Notes: generated from the sequence alone by a model not told the origin. A stretch of 36,497 nt of DNA from a virus (IMGVR_UViG_3300024042_000039:1-36497), one strand, 5' to 3'; shown: positions 9,481 to 19,315, counted from the stretch's first letter. Made by a program: numbers and translations.

Positions 9481-9830
9481 ACCGCCACACCGGCCGCACC
9501 ATCACGGGCCTGGAGCACCTGCGCCAGAGCGTGGGCGACATCCTGAGCACCCCCATCGGCTCGCGCGTCATGCGCCGCGAATACGGCTCCCTGGTGCCCG
9601 AGCTGCTCGACCACCCCGACAACGACGCCACGCGCGTGCGCCTCAATGCTGCCGTGGCAGGCGCGCTGATGCGCTGGGAGCCACGCATTCGGCTGACCCG
9701 CATCACCATGGCGCGCGACCCCGACGTGCCGGGGCGCTGCGAAATCACCCTGACCGGCACCCGCGAAAGCTACCGCCGACAGGCGCCGCTCACGCTCACC
9801 GTGCCGGTGGCCACCGGGAGCAGCGCATGA
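9477..9830 (+). CDS. W: baseplate protein gpW
   Basis: HLRQSVGDILSTPIGSRVMRREYGS, WEPRI. Confidence 0.94.
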   Translation: MNRHTGRTITGLEHLRQSVGDILSTPIGSRVMRREYGSLVPELLDHPDNDATRVRLNAAVAGALMRWEPRIRLTRITMARDPDVPGRCEITLTGTRESYRRQAPLTLTVPVATGSSA

Positions 9831-10672
9831 CGCTCGACATCGCCACCTTACCCCCGCCGAGCGTGGTCGAGCCGCTGGACTTCGAGGCCATCCTCGCCGC
9901 CCAGCGCACCGACCTGATCGCGCGCTACCCCGAGGCCGCCGACGTGCTCGACCTGGAAAGCGAACCCCTGGCCAAGCTCATGGAGGTCTTCGCCTACCGC
10001 GAGCTGCTCTACCGCGCCCGCGTGAACGACGCAGCCCGCGCGCACCTGATCGCCTACGCGCAGGGCGCAGACCTCGAACACAAGGGCGCCTTCTACAACG
10101 TGCCGCGCCTGACCGGCGAGACGGATGCGCGCTACCGCAAGCGCATCCTGCTGCGCGTGGCTGCGCTGGCGGGCAACGGCACCGCCGAGCACTACCAGTT
10201 CGTCGCCATGACGGCGAGCCTCAACGTGCATGACGCCATCGCCACCAGCCCGTGGCGCGGCAGCGTGGTGGTGCAGCTCTGGCTGGTGGACCAGTCGCAG
10301 GCCGAAGCCACCCGCGCCGCCGTGCTCGCCGCGCTCACAGCGCCCGGCGCGTGCATGCTGGGCGTGGAGCTGTCGGCGTCGCTCGCACGCCCGCGCCCCA
10401 TTGCCATTACCGCGCACCTGCGCCGCGAAGCGGGCGCCCCCGTGGACCTTGTAGCCCGCATCCAGGCCGCGCTGCCGGGGCAGATGGCGGCATACGCCCG
10501 CCTTGGCCGCGCTGTGCCGCGCTCGTGGATCACCACGCGCCTGCACGCCGAAGGCATTGCCCAGGTGACATACCCCGACGCCAGCGCGCCGCACGAAGTC
10601 ACGCCCATGGAGGCCGACGAATACCCCGTGCTGGGCGAAGTGCGGCTGACCGATGAGGGCCTGCAGCCATGA
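9827..10672 (+). CDS. J: baseplate protein gpJ
   Basis: LPPPSVVEPLDFEAI, ESEPLAKLME..AYRELL.RARVNDAA; ATGA overlap with W. Confidence 0.92.
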   Translation: MTLDIATLPPPSVVEPLDFEAILAAQRTDLIARYPEAADVLDLESEPLAKLMEVFAYRELLYRARVNDAARAHLIAYAQGADLEHKGAFYNVPRLTGETDARYRKRILLRVAALAGNGTAEHYQFVAMTASLNVHDAIATSPWRGSVVVQLWLVDQSQAEATRAAVLAALTAPGACMLGVELSASLARPRPIAITAHLRREAGAPVDLVARIQAALPGQMAAYARLGRAVPRSWITTRLHAEGIAQVTYPDASAPHEVTPMEADEYPVLGEVRLTDEGLQP

Positions 10673-11631
10673 CTGCCGTACAACCAGCGTCGGCGCGCCG
10701 CCGCCACATCCTGCCGCCCAATGCCACGGCCCTGGAGCAGGCCGTGGACGAAACCATGCCCGCCTGGGACGGCATTGCCGACGCCTTCCCCGACGCCGCC
10801 GGCGGCGAGCCGCCCGCCTTCGCCCCTTGGCTGGCGGCCGAGTGGAACCTGGCGCAGTTCGCGCGCTACTTCCCCGACCTGCCCGCGCTGATCGAGGCCG
10901 GCATGCCCTGGCTCATGGAGCGCGGCAGCGCCGCCGCCACGCTGCGCGTGCTGGCCTGGGTGGGCTTTCCGAATGCCAGGCTCGACCAGCGCGGCGCACG
11001 CCTGCATATCGACCTGGGCCGCCCCGCCACCGCCGAAGAAATCGGCCGCATCGCCCACGTCGTGCGCGCCACCGTGCCGGCCCACGTGCAGTTCTGGCGC
11101 GTGTTCAACGGCTATGACCGCCGCCCGGTGCGCCTGGACGGCGCCCAGCGGCTCGACCAGGGCCTGCTCGATGACGACTCCGGCGTGTGGGTCAGCGTGG
11201 AAACGGGCGAACCCGTCAAGGCCAGCTTCGGCCCTGTGCACCGGGGCGAAGTCGGCCCCATCGCCGCAGGCAACCCCATGGGCATGGCCACCATTGCCCA
11301 CATGTCGCGCGTCACGCGCAGGGACAAGCCCGTGCTCGACGCCTGGCGCCTCGATTCGCGCGTCATGGCTGTCGAAAGCGGCGGCATGGGCGAGCTGCGC
11401 ACCAACGAAGTTCCGGTCTACGTGCGCCTGCCTTGCGAGCGCGCGGCGCCCGGCTTGATACACGCCAGCGAATGCCCGTGGCAAACGCCGCCGCCCGAAT
11501 CCGGCGCCACCACCACCGTCCTGGCCCATCTGCCGCCCGCACTGCCCCAGCCACATGGCTGGCGCGGCATGTGGAGCGGCCAGAGCTGGCGCCCCTTGTT
11601 CATTGAATCCAAAGCTACGGAGAGTTTTTGA
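10669..11631 (+). CDS. I: gpI-like tail/baseplate protein with C-terminal extension
   Basis: ILPPNATALE, PWLAAEW, RGSAAA; follows J. Confidence 0.8.
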   Translation: MTAVQPASARRRHILPPNATALEQAVDETMPAWDGIADAFPDAAGGEPPAFAPWLAAEWNLAQFARYFPDLPALIEAGMPWLMERGSAAATLRVLAWVGFPNARLDQRGARLHIDLGRPATAEEIGRIAHVVRATVPAHVQFWRVFNGYDRRPVRLDGAQRLDQGLLDDDSGVWVSVETGEPVKASFGPVHRGEVGPIAAGNPMGMATIAHMSRVTRRDKPVLDAWRLDSRVMAVESGGMGELRTNEVPVYVRLPCERAAPGLIHASECPWQTPPPESGATTTVLAHLPPALPQPHGWRGMWSGQSWRPLFIESKATESF

Positions 11632-12116
11632 TGGCAACCCTGCAAGACGATGGGCGCATTGCCCTGGCCGTCGCCATGGCCGCCCAGCCCGTGCACCTGG
11701 CCTGGGGCCGGGGCCTCGCGGCGTGGGACGCCCAGCCCGAGCCCGAACCCGCCAACGCCACCGGCCTGACCCACGAAGTGGGCCGACGCCTTGCCACCTT
11801 CGTGGGCTTCGTGCAGCCTGACCCTGCAGGCGAGGTCGAGCTGCCCAGCGGCAGCAAGTACACGGTGGTGGCCGGCCCCACCAAGTGGGTGTACGTGCGC
11901 ACTGCCTTCAACTTCGGGGACGCCGAAGGCGAAACCCTGCGCGAGATCGGCGTCTTCTTCGGTAGCCAGCCCGTAGCCGGCCTGCCGGTGGGGCAGCGCT
12001 ACTTCACACCAGAGCAGATCGCCGCACCGGGCCGTCTCTACGCGCTGGAGCGCGTGCCCGCCTTCACCCGCAATGGCGCCGCGCGCCAGACCTATGAATA
12101 CGTGCTGCCCTTCTAA
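11631..12116 (+). CDS. tail/baseplate-associated hypothetical protein
   Basis: TGATG coupling to the gpI-like gene; EVGRR and LREIGVF motifs resemble fibre-collar proteins. Confidence 0.7.
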   Translation: MATLQDDGRIALAVAMAAQPVHLAWGRGLAAWDAQPEPEPANATGLTHEVGRRLATFVGFVQPDPAGEVELPSGSKYTVVAGPTKWVYVRTAFNFGDAEGETLREIGVFFGSQPVAGLPVGQRYFTPEQIAAPGRLYALERVPAFTRNGAARQTYEYVLPF

Positions 12117-12119
12117 GCC

Positions 12120-15100
12120 ATGACGCAAGCCAACCCACTCGCCGTGTACGACCGCTTCGACCCGGCCAAGAACTACGACACGCACCTGTTCCGCGCGGAC
12201 AAGGTGCTGCAAAGCGCCGAGCTGGTCGAGCTGCAGCGCGCCATGCATGCCCGCATTCGCGGCGTGGCCGACATGCTCACCCGCGAGGGCTCCATCGTCA
12301 AAGGTGCCAGCATCGTGGTCAACAGCACCACGGGGGCGACCACATGCGAGAGCGGCGCCCTCTACGTGGGCGGCGCGGTGCGCGGCGTGCCGCCAGCACA
12401 GCTCACCATCGCCACCGTGGGCGTGGTGTATGTGGGCGTGTACCTCATCCGCGACATCATCACTGAGCTGGAAGACCCCGCACTGCTCAACCCTGCTGTG
12501 GGAACCGATGGCTACCGCGAACCGGGTGCGGCACGCGAGCGCGTGCAGCTCGCCTGGGGCGTAGGCGGGGATGCCCAGGCCGCGGGCGAATTCTTCCCTG
12601 TGTGGACGGTGGAAGACGGGTGGGTGCGCCCCAAAGAAGCACCGCCCAACATCGACGCGGTGACGCAAGCACTGGCCCGCTACGACCGCGACAGTTCCGG
12701 CAGCAACTACATCGTGCGCGGCATGGAGCTGCGCCAGGCGGCTGACCTGCCCACGGGCGAGCAGGTCTACAACCTGGCCGAAGGCGCAGCCCGGATCGGG
12801 GGGCACTCCATGGAGCTGCCCAGCAGCCGGCGCATCGTCTACAACGCGCAGCCCGATCTGCAGTGGATCGACAGCGAGCCGCACATGTCCAACACCGAGG
12901 GAGCGCAGCGCGTCACGTTCGACCGCTGGCCCATGGTGGGCGTGCCCCAGGTGCGCGCCATCAAGCGCCGCACCGTGGACGTGGTGCATGGCGGCTTCGT
13001 TGGAGCTGCCGACCCGCTGCCCGACAACAGCGTGCAGACCATCGAGAAAATCCAGCAAGGCGCTGCAATCTACAACGCGCCGGCGGACTACAAGCTCACC
13101 GCCGGGCAGGTGGACTGGAGCCCAGGCGGCGCAGAGCCCGCGCCGGGCAGCACCTACAAGGTCACCTATTTGTATTTCGCCGTGGTGGAACCCACGGGGG
13201 TGGACTCGCGCGGCCTCACCGTCACGGGCGCCGTGGCCGGCACCACCATGCAGCTGTCCTACAACTGCGCACTGCGCCGTATCGACCGGCTCACGCTGGA
13301 CCGGGAGGGCACCATCGCCTGGGTGCGTGGCGTGCCAGCGCCCTGGCAACCGCTGGCGCCTCAGATTCCCCAGGGCGTGGTCTCCATCGCTTCCGTGTAC
13401 CAGAGCTGGGACGCCCAGCGGCGCGTGGATCTGGACGCGGTGCGCATGGTGCCAATGCAGGAGCTGCGGGAATACCGTACCTTCATGGAGCGCCTGGCAC
13501 AGGACCATGCCGAAATACGGCTGGCGGTGGACATCGCAGGGCGCTACTCGGGCATCAAGAAAGGGATGTTCGCAGACCCCATGCGGGGCGACGAAATGCG
13601 CGATGCGGGCCAGCCGCAAACCGCGCTGATCGCCGCCGGCGCACTGCGCCTGCCCATCTCGTTCGCTGTCCACCAGCTGGGAACCGACATTCACGAACGG
13701 CAGAGCCTGGGGCACACGCACCGCGCGGTGCTGGCGCAGACGGCACGCACGGGAAGCATGCGCGTCAACCCCTACAACGCCTTTGCGCCAATCCCGTGCA
13801 AAGCCACCATCACGCCCGCCGTGGACCGCTGGACCGAGACGCGCGATGTGTGGAAGGGCAAGAACGTTCTGAAGAATGTTTCGTGGTTCTCCGACATGAA
13901 CAGCCACTCGGAAAACGGCAGCGGCTGGGACCCGGTGGGGCAAACAACGTCGGCGATTGAGTACCTGCGCGAAATCGACTTGCGCTTCGACCTGGAGTTT
14001 CCGCCCGCAGAAGCGCTCCAGTCCATCACCTTCGATGGCCTGCCCGTGCAGCCGGTGGCGCTGCCAATGGGCGTGCTGGTAGCAAATGCGCAGGGAATTC
14101 TGAGCGGTACTTTTCGCATTCCGCCCAACGTCACGGCCGGTGCCAAGAAGGTGGACTTCCGCGGCACGGGGGGAAGCGCCGCATCCACTATCTTCACCGG
14201 ACAGGGCGAGCGCATCGAGCGGGAAATGGCGCAGGTATTCCTGCAAATCGAGGATGCGCCCATCGTGGACTCTGGGTGTCCAGTAGACCCGCTTGCGCAG
14301 ACTTTCAGCCTATCCCAGGCAGAGCACTGCACGGGTGTCGAACTGTGGTTTACGGCTGTCGGCACCACGGGCGCCATCGTGCAGCTGCGCTATGCCGAGA
14401 ATGGCTACCCCACGACACGCGTGATGGCCGAGACACGCCTGCGGCCCGCTGACATCAAGACGGACGGCACCCCCACGCTTGCGGCCTGGCCGCCGGTGGC
14501 CCTGCAGGCGACGCGGGAGTATGTCGTCGTGGTCCTGTCCGACGACGACACCACGGCCCTGGCGCTGGCCGAGCTGGGCAAGGAAGACAAGGTGTCGAAA
14601 AGCTGGGTGACCGAGCAGCCCTACCAGGTGGGCGTGATGCTCTCCAGCTCCAACGCCAGGACCTGGACCGCACACCAGGAAATGGACCTGACGTTCCGCC
14701 TCATGGCAGCCAGCTACACCGAGGCCGAGCGCGTGATTGACCTGGGCACCGTGAACGTGGTGGACGCCACCGACCTGTGCGTGCAGGCTTACGCCCAACA
14801 ACCCAGCGCCGCCGCGTCGTGCGTGTTCGACATCGCCGCCACAGGCATGGCGCACACGGTGCAGGCCGCTGCCGGCCAGGTCGTCAACCTGCCGGCGCGC
14901 TACAGCGGCCCGGTGAACGTCAAGGCCCGGCTGCGTGGTGACACGCGCTTTGCTGCCGTGCTGGAACCAGGCATACAACTTGTGGCGGGTTCGGTAAAAG
15001 ACGACGGAGACTACATCTCGCCCATGCTGACCGCAGGCGCCAACGCGACGGTGCGTGTCACGCTGGACGCCTTCCTGCCCGGTGGTACCTCGCTGCTGGT

Positions 15101-15299
15101 GCAGGCCAAAACCGACGCTGCTGGCGCGCCGTGGGTGGATGTGCCCTACCTGTCATCGAGCCCGATGACAGCCGGCGTGATGGAGCTGACCTACGAGCTG
15201 AAGAACATCAACGCCACGGGCGTGCGCTTGCGCCTGGCCCTGCATGGCAGCTTCAACGCCCGGCCGTGGGCGACCAACCTGCGCGCGGTGGTGCTGTGA
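12120..15299 (+). CDS. DUF4815 / VrlC-like large virion adsorption protein
   Basis: YDRFDPAKNY..LFRADKVLQSAELVELQ, VNPY, DPLAQTF, GVMLSSSNARTWTAHQEMDLTF motifs. Confidence 0.8.
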   Translation: MTQANPLAVYDRFDPAKNYDTHLFRADKVLQSAELVELQRAMHARIRGVADMLTREGSIVKGASIVVNSTTGATTCESGALYVGGAVRGVPPAQLTIATVGVVYVGVYLIRDIITELEDPALLNPAVGTDGYREPGAARERVQLAWGVGGDAQAAGEFFPVWTVEDGWVRPKEAPPNIDAVTQALARYDRDSSGSNYIVRGMELRQAADLPTGEQVYNLAEGAARIGGHSMELPSSRRIVYNAQPDLQWIDSEPHMSNTEGAQRVTFDRWPMVGVPQVRAIKRRTVDVVHGGFVGAADPLPDNSVQTIEKIQQGAAIYNAPADYKLTAGQVDWSPGGAEPAPGSTYKVTYLYFAVVEPTGVDSRGLTVTGAVAGTTMQLSYNCALRRIDRLTLDREGTIAWVRGVPAPWQPLAPQIPQGVVSIASVYQSWDAQRRVDLDAVRMVPMQELREYRTFMERLAQDHAEIRLAVDIAGRYSGIKKGMFADPMRGDEMRDAGQPQTALIAAGALRLPISFAVHQLGTDIHERQSLGHTHRAVLAQTARTGSMRVNPYNAFAPIPCKATITPAVDRWTETRDVWKGKNVLKNVSWFSDMNSHSENGSGWDPVGQTTSAIEYLREIDLRFDLEFPPAEALQSITFDGLPVQPVALPMGVLVANAQGILSGTFRIPPNVTAGAKKVDFRGTGGSAASTIFTGQGERIEREMAQVFLQIEDAPIVDSGCPVDPLAQTFSLSQAEHCTGVELWFTAVGTTGAIVQLRYAENGYPTTRVMAETRLRPADIKTDGTPTLAAWPPVALQATREYVVVVLSDDDTTALALAELGKEDKVSKSWVTEQPYQVGVMLSSSNARTWTAHQEMDLTFRLMAASYTEAERVIDLGTVNVVDATDLCVQAYAQQPSAAASCVFDIAATGMAHTVQAAAGQVVNLPARYSGPVNVKARLRGDTRFAAVLEPGIQLVAGSVKDDGDYISPMLTAGANATVRVTLDAFLPGGTSLLVQAKTDAAGAPWVDVPYLSSSPMTAGVMELTYELKNINATGVRLRLALHGSFNARPWATNLRAVVL

Positions 15300-15826
15300 T
15301 GCATGACGAACGCACACCCGGCGGCTTGGAGCTGCCGCACCCAGACAACAAGCTGGAAGAAGACGTGCTGCGCCTTCGCACGGCGCTGCGGGATGTGGAC
15401 GGCATCCTGGCCGGGCTGGCGCAAACGCTGGGCACAAAAGCCAGTCAGCAGGACATGGACACTGCCGTCGCGGCGCTGCAGGCCAGCACCGCGAACCTGG
15501 CCACAACGGTCACGTTCCTGTCCAACAGCAAGGTGGGGGTGGTCAATGGCCTGCCAGGACCATCCGTCACGCTCAAGCCGCCTCACCTGGGGCTGGGGCC
15601 GGCCAACGGCCCCAGCAATATCAGCCTGACACGCGACGGGTTGGGCCGCATCGCGCAGGTCACGCAAACCGTGGATGGCAAACCAGCGGTTGCCGCGGTG
15701 ACCTACGACGGCAACGGGCGCATCTCCAAGGTTGTGACGACCTACGACGGCAGGAAGCGCACCGAAGAAATCACATACCAAAACGATGAGCTTGCATCGG
15801 TGCAAGCGACGGAAGGGGCAGTTTGA
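15299..15826 (+). CDS. tail fibre-associated hypothetical protein
   Basis: TGATG overlap; LPHPDNKLEEDVLRLRTAL..VD, VNG..G.V.L, YDGNGRI beta repeats. Confidence 0.7.
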   Translation: MHDERTPGGLELPHPDNKLEEDVLRLRTALRDVDGILAGLAQTLGTKASQQDMDTAVAALQASTANLATTVTFLSNSKVGVVNGLPGPSVTLKPPHLGLGPANGPSNISLTRDGLGRIAQVTQTVDGKPAVAAVTYDGNGRISKVVTTYDGRKRTEEITYQNDELASVQATEGAV

Positions 15827-16683
15827 TGGACCTCGTAACGCTGGATGCAATCAGGGCGGCAAGGGATACCTTGCTGAGCCGGATGTATGAGTTCTCCGGC
15901 CAAAAGCTGCGTGTGATCGAGTTCACAGCCTCTGGTGTTTTCTACCCACCGCAGGCCCTGGTGAAGAACGGCGGGGCATTCAACTACCTGGGTGTGGGCG
16001 GCGGCGGTGGTGGCGGCGGCAGTGGCGGCGGTGGCAGCGGCGGTGGCGGCGGTGGCGGGCGGGTGCTGCAGGGCATAGGCATAGCGGCAAGCACAGCGGG
16101 CATTGCCATCACCATCGGCGCAGGGGGTGCCGGAGGCGCAGCGAGCAGTGGGCAGGTCGTAGGGAATTCCGGAGGCAAAGGAGGTACTACGGCCATAGGC
16201 AACGTCTACATCGAGGGCGGCGGTGGCGGCGGTGGACAGGGGAATGAAGGTGGCAGCGGCTGGTGCAGTGGCGGCCAGGGAAGCCCAGTCAGCGGCGGTG
16301 GCAGCGGCGGCGGCGGTGGCGGTGCCGGAGGAAACGCAAAGTTCGGCGCCACGGAATCATTCATAAGTGCTGCAGCGAACGGCGGTGGCTATGGGTCGCG
16401 TAACTCGGCCATCAACGGAAGTGGCGTAGGCGCTGGTGGCGACGGAATGCTGGGGTTCGGTGGCGGAGGCAGCGCAGGAATGATCGGGAAAAACTACGCT
16501 GCGGCCGCCGGCGCGGGCGGCGGTGGCCTTGGCGCCATCGGATATGCCAACGTGGGTGGGCATGCTGCTGCGAACACTGGCGGCGGCGGTGGCGGCAGTA
16601 CCGGGAACGGTAGCACCACCCAATGGGGCGCCGCCGGCGGCAACGGTGGCAGCGGGTTCGTGCGCATCTGGTGGTTTGAATGA
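15826..16683 (+). CDS. glycine-rich tail fibre / receptor-binding-like protein
   Basis: FTASGVF, VGGGGGGG, ITIGAGGAGG, ANTGGGGGG, GGNGGSGFVRIWW. Confidence 0.75.
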   Translation: MDLVTLDAIRAARDTLLSRMYEFSGQKLRVIEFTASGVFYPPQALVKNGGAFNYLGVGGGGGGGGSGGGGSGGGGGGGRVLQGIGIAASTAGIAITIGAGGAGGAASSGQVVGNSGGKGGTTAIGNVYIEGGGGGGGQGNEGGSGWCSGGQGSPVSGGGSGGGGGGAGGNAKFGATESFISAAANGGGYGSRNSAINGSGVGAGGDGMLGFGGGGSAGMIGKNYAAAAGAGGGGLGAIGYANVGGHAAANTGGGGGGSTGNGSTTQWGAAGGNGGSGFVRIWWFE

Positions 16684-16697
16684 GGCGGGAGGAAGCC

Positions 16698-17192
16698 ATG
16701 GAATACGCACTCATCAAGGGCGGTAAGGTGCATAACGTCATCGTCGCCAGCGAAGAATTCATTGCCCTGATCGTGGGCGACTGGGACCGTATCGAACCAC
16801 TGGACACGGCGCAGGAGCAGGCCCTTGGCGTGGGCATCGGCTGGGGGTGGGATGGCGCGCAGTTCATCCCACCCGCAGCGGCGGAACCTGCGCCGCAGCC
16901 GCAGCTGCCGCGCCGCCTGAGCGTGCTGGCGTTTCGCAAGCGCTTCACGCTGAGCGAGCGCGCTGCCATCGAGTGGGCCGCCGTGGATCGCGCAGACCAG
17001 AGCGATGCCCAGCGCCAGCAGGCCGCAATGCTACGCGCCACGCTGGCCGACCAGGCGGCGGCCAGTTTCATCGACCTGGGCGACGACACCACCGTAGAAG
17101 GTGTGCTGGCGCTGCAGGCGCTGGGACTGCTGGCCGAAGGGCGGGCCGATGCCATCCTGGCCGCGCCCGTGCTGCCGGAGGAACGCCCGTGA
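16698..17192 (+). CDS. tail fibre-associated (chaperone-like) hypothetical protein
   Basis: GGAGG SD; YALIKGG.V.NVIV, IGWGWDGAQF, FRKRFT..ER..I. Confidence 0.7.
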   Translation: MEYALIKGGKVHNVIVASEEFIALIVGDWDRIEPLDTAQEQALGVGIGWGWDGAQFIPPAAAEPAPQPQLPRRLSVLAFRKRFTLSERAAIEWAAVDRADQSDAQRQQAAMLRATLADQAAASFIDLGDDTTVEGVLALQALGLLAEGRADAILAAPVLPEERP

Positions 17193-17431
17193 CGGACTGG
17201 ATGCTGAACCTGCTGATTGCGCTGGACCAGTTCGTGAACGCGCTGCTCGCCGGCGAGCCGGACGAAACCCTCTCCAGCCGCGCGCACCGCATGCGCGCCA
17301 AGGGCCAGCCCTACTGGGGATGGACGGCGAACGCGATTGACCGCATCTTCTTCTGGCAACCGGGCCACTGCGAGGCGGCCTACCTGTCTGAGCAGCGGCG
17401 CATGCAAATGCCGCCAGCGCTGCGCAACTGA
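17189..17431 (+). CDS. small phage hypothetical protein
   Basis: GTGA overlap; LIALDQFVNALL.G.PDETLSSRA...IDRIFFWQ..HC, a recurrent tail-region family. Confidence 0.72.
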   Translation: MTDWMLNLLIALDQFVNALLAGEPDETLSSRAHRMRAKGQPYWGWTANAIDRIFFWQPGHCEAAYLSEQRRMQMPPALRN

Positions 17432-17452
17432 GCGCGGCACAAACCCACCCGC

Positions 17453-17487
17453 AAAGCCCGCCCGGGTAAGCCTGGACGGGCTTTTTA
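17453..17487 (+). terminator. intrinsic terminator ending the V operon
   Basis: AAAGCCCG..CCGGG-TAAG-CCTGG..CGGGCTTT followed by TTAT. Confidence 0.8.
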
Positions 17488-17546
17488 TGTTGCTGGCGCA
17501 GCCACAGCGCCACGCGCTGGAGTTTGGGGGGGCGAAAAAGCACCAT
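17488..17546 (+). promoter_or_regulatory. late promoter pF
   Basis: TGT-N13-ACA (17488-17506) with GCGCAGCCACAGCG; CACCAT 34 nt downstream (17541-17546). Confidence 0.75.
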
Positions 17547-17587
17547 GGGGGACTCTCGCGCGATGCGCACAACAGGAGCCCAACACC

Positions 17588-18784
17588 ATGGCGACAAGCA
17601 CCCCCTACCACCACGGCATCCGTGTGAACGAGGTCAACGAAGGCATCAACGCCCTCAAGATCATCTCCACGGCCGTCATCGGCATGGTCGTGACGGCCAG
17701 CGACGCCGATGCCACCGCCTTTCCCCTGAACCGCCCCGTGCTGGTAACGAAGATCGACGCTGCCATCGGCAAGGCCGGCACCAAGGGCACGCTTGCGCCC
17801 GCCCTCACTGCCATCAAGCAGCAATGCCGCCCGGTGCTGGTCATCGTGCGCGTGGCCGATGGCGAAGGCGCCACCCCCGAAGAAAAGCTCGCCGACCAGA
17901 CCGCCAAGGTGATCGGCACCACGCTGGCCGGGCAGTACACCGGCCTACAGGCGCTGCTCATGGCCCAGGCCGTGCTAAAGGTGAAGCCGCGCATCCTGGG
18001 TGCTCCCGGCCTGGCCACCCAGGCCGTCACCGATGAACTGGCCAGCGTGGCCGCAAAGCTCAAAGGCTTTGCCTACGCGGCCGCCCTGGGCGACGACGTG
18101 AGCGAGTCCATCGACTACAAAGACCGCTTCGGCCAGCGCGAGCTGATGCTGATCTGGCCGGGCTGGAAGACGTTCGACGTGCACAGCGCCGCCGTGGCCG
18201 ACGTATCGGCCGAAGCCTACGCGCTGGGCCTGCGCGCCAAGATCGACCAGGAACAGGGCTGGCACAAGACGCTCTCCAACGTGCCCGTGTCTGGCGTGAT
18301 GGGCATCAGCCGCGACGTGTACTGGGACCTGCAGAGCCCGGACACCGACGCCGGCCTGCTGAACGCGGCCAACATCACCACGCTGATCCAGAGCAACGGC
18401 TACCGCTTCTGGGGTTCGCGCACCTGCGCCACCGACGAACTGTTCCGCTTCGAGTCGGCCGTGCGCACCGCGCAGGTGCTGGCCGACACCATGGCCGAGG
18501 GCCACATGTGGGCCGTGGACAAGCCGCTGCACCCCAGCCTGGTGAAAGACATGCTCGAAGGCATCAACGCCAAGTTCCGTGAGCTGAAAACGGCAGGCTA
18601 CATCCTCGACGGCAAGGCTTGGTACGACGAAGAGCTGAACGAAACAGCCACCCTCAAGGCCGGAAAGCTCACGCTCGACTACGACTACACGCCCGTGCCG
18701 CCGCTGGAAGACCTGAACTTCCGCCAGCGCATCACCGACCGCTACTTCGCCGACTTCGCCACGCGCGTGGGCACCGGCCAGTAA
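17588..18784 (+). CDS. FI: tail sheath protein FI
   Basis: YHHGIRVNEVNEG, KPRILGAPG, GWHKTLSNV, GYRFWGSRT, DYDYTPVPPLEDL. Confidence 0.96.
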   Translation: MATSTPYHHGIRVNEVNEGINALKIISTAVIGMVVTASDADATAFPLNRPVLVTKIDAAIGKAGTKGTLAPALTAIKQQCRPVLVIVRVADGEGATPEEKLADQTAKVIGTTLAGQYTGLQALLMAQAVLKVKPRILGAPGLATQAVTDELASVAAKLKGFAYAAALGDDVSESIDYKDRFGQRELMLIWPGWKTFDVHSAAVADVSAEAYALGLRAKIDQEQGWHKTLSNVPVSGVMGISRDVYWDLQSPDTDAGLLNAANITTLIQSNGYRFWGSRTCATDELFRFESAVRTAQVLADTMAEGHMWAVDKPLHPSLVKDMLEGINAKFRELKTAGYILDGKAWYDEELNETATLKAGKLTLDYDYTPVPPLEDLNFRQRITDRYFADFATRVGTGQ

Positions 18785-18805
18785 CCCACCTACAGGAGAA
18801 ACACC

Positions 18806-19315
18806 ATGGGACTGCCCCGCTCTCTCAAGAACTTTGCCCTCTTCATGGAGGGCACCTCCTACGTCGGCGAAATGCCCGAAGTCGGCCTGCCCAAGCTCAC
18901 CCGCAAGATGGAGGATTACCGCTCTGGCGGCATGAATGCCCCCGTGAAGCTCGACTTCGGCATGGAAGGCATGGAAGCCGAGCTGACGGCCGCCGGCTAC
19001 ATGAAAGAACTGTTCGACACCTGGGGCACGCTGCGCCACGACGGCGTGCTGCTGCGATTCGCGGGCGCACTGCAGGGCGACGACAGCGAAGGCGTGGACA
19101 CGCTGGAAGTCGTGATGCGTGGCCGCTTCACCGAAATCGACCCCGGCAAGGCCAAGGCCGGCGACAAGACGGAAATCAAGCTCAAGGCCGCACTCAGCTA
19201 CTACAAGCTGTCCATCAATGGCCAGGCGAAGCTGGAGATTGACGCGGTGAACTTCATCGAAGTGGTGAACGGCATCGACCGGCTGGCCCAGGTGCGCGCG
19301 GCGCTGGGTATCTGA
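18806..19315 (+). CDS. FII: tail tube protein FII
   Basis: LPRSLKNF, LPKLTRKMEDYRSGGM, VVMRGR, YYKL. Confidence 0.96.
   Translation: MGLPRSLKNFALFMEGTSYVGEMPEVGLPKLTRKMEDYRSGGMNAPVKLDFGMEGMEAELTAAGYMKELFDTWGTLRHDGVLLRFAGALQGDDSEGVDTLEVVMRGRFTEIDPGKAKAGDKTEIKLKAALSYYKLSINGQAKLEIDAVNFIEVVNGIDRLAQVRAALGI

Noticed and set aside
999-14246. Long opposite-strand ORFs (999..2996 +, 3681..6131 -, 11418..14246 -, and similar elsewhere)
   Set aside because: Shadows of well-supported phage genes caused by high-GC codon bias; no recognisable motifs
15990-16660. GGC/GGT repeats as CRISPR or VNTR
   Set aside because: Simply glycine codons; no repeat-spacer periodicity and no cas genes
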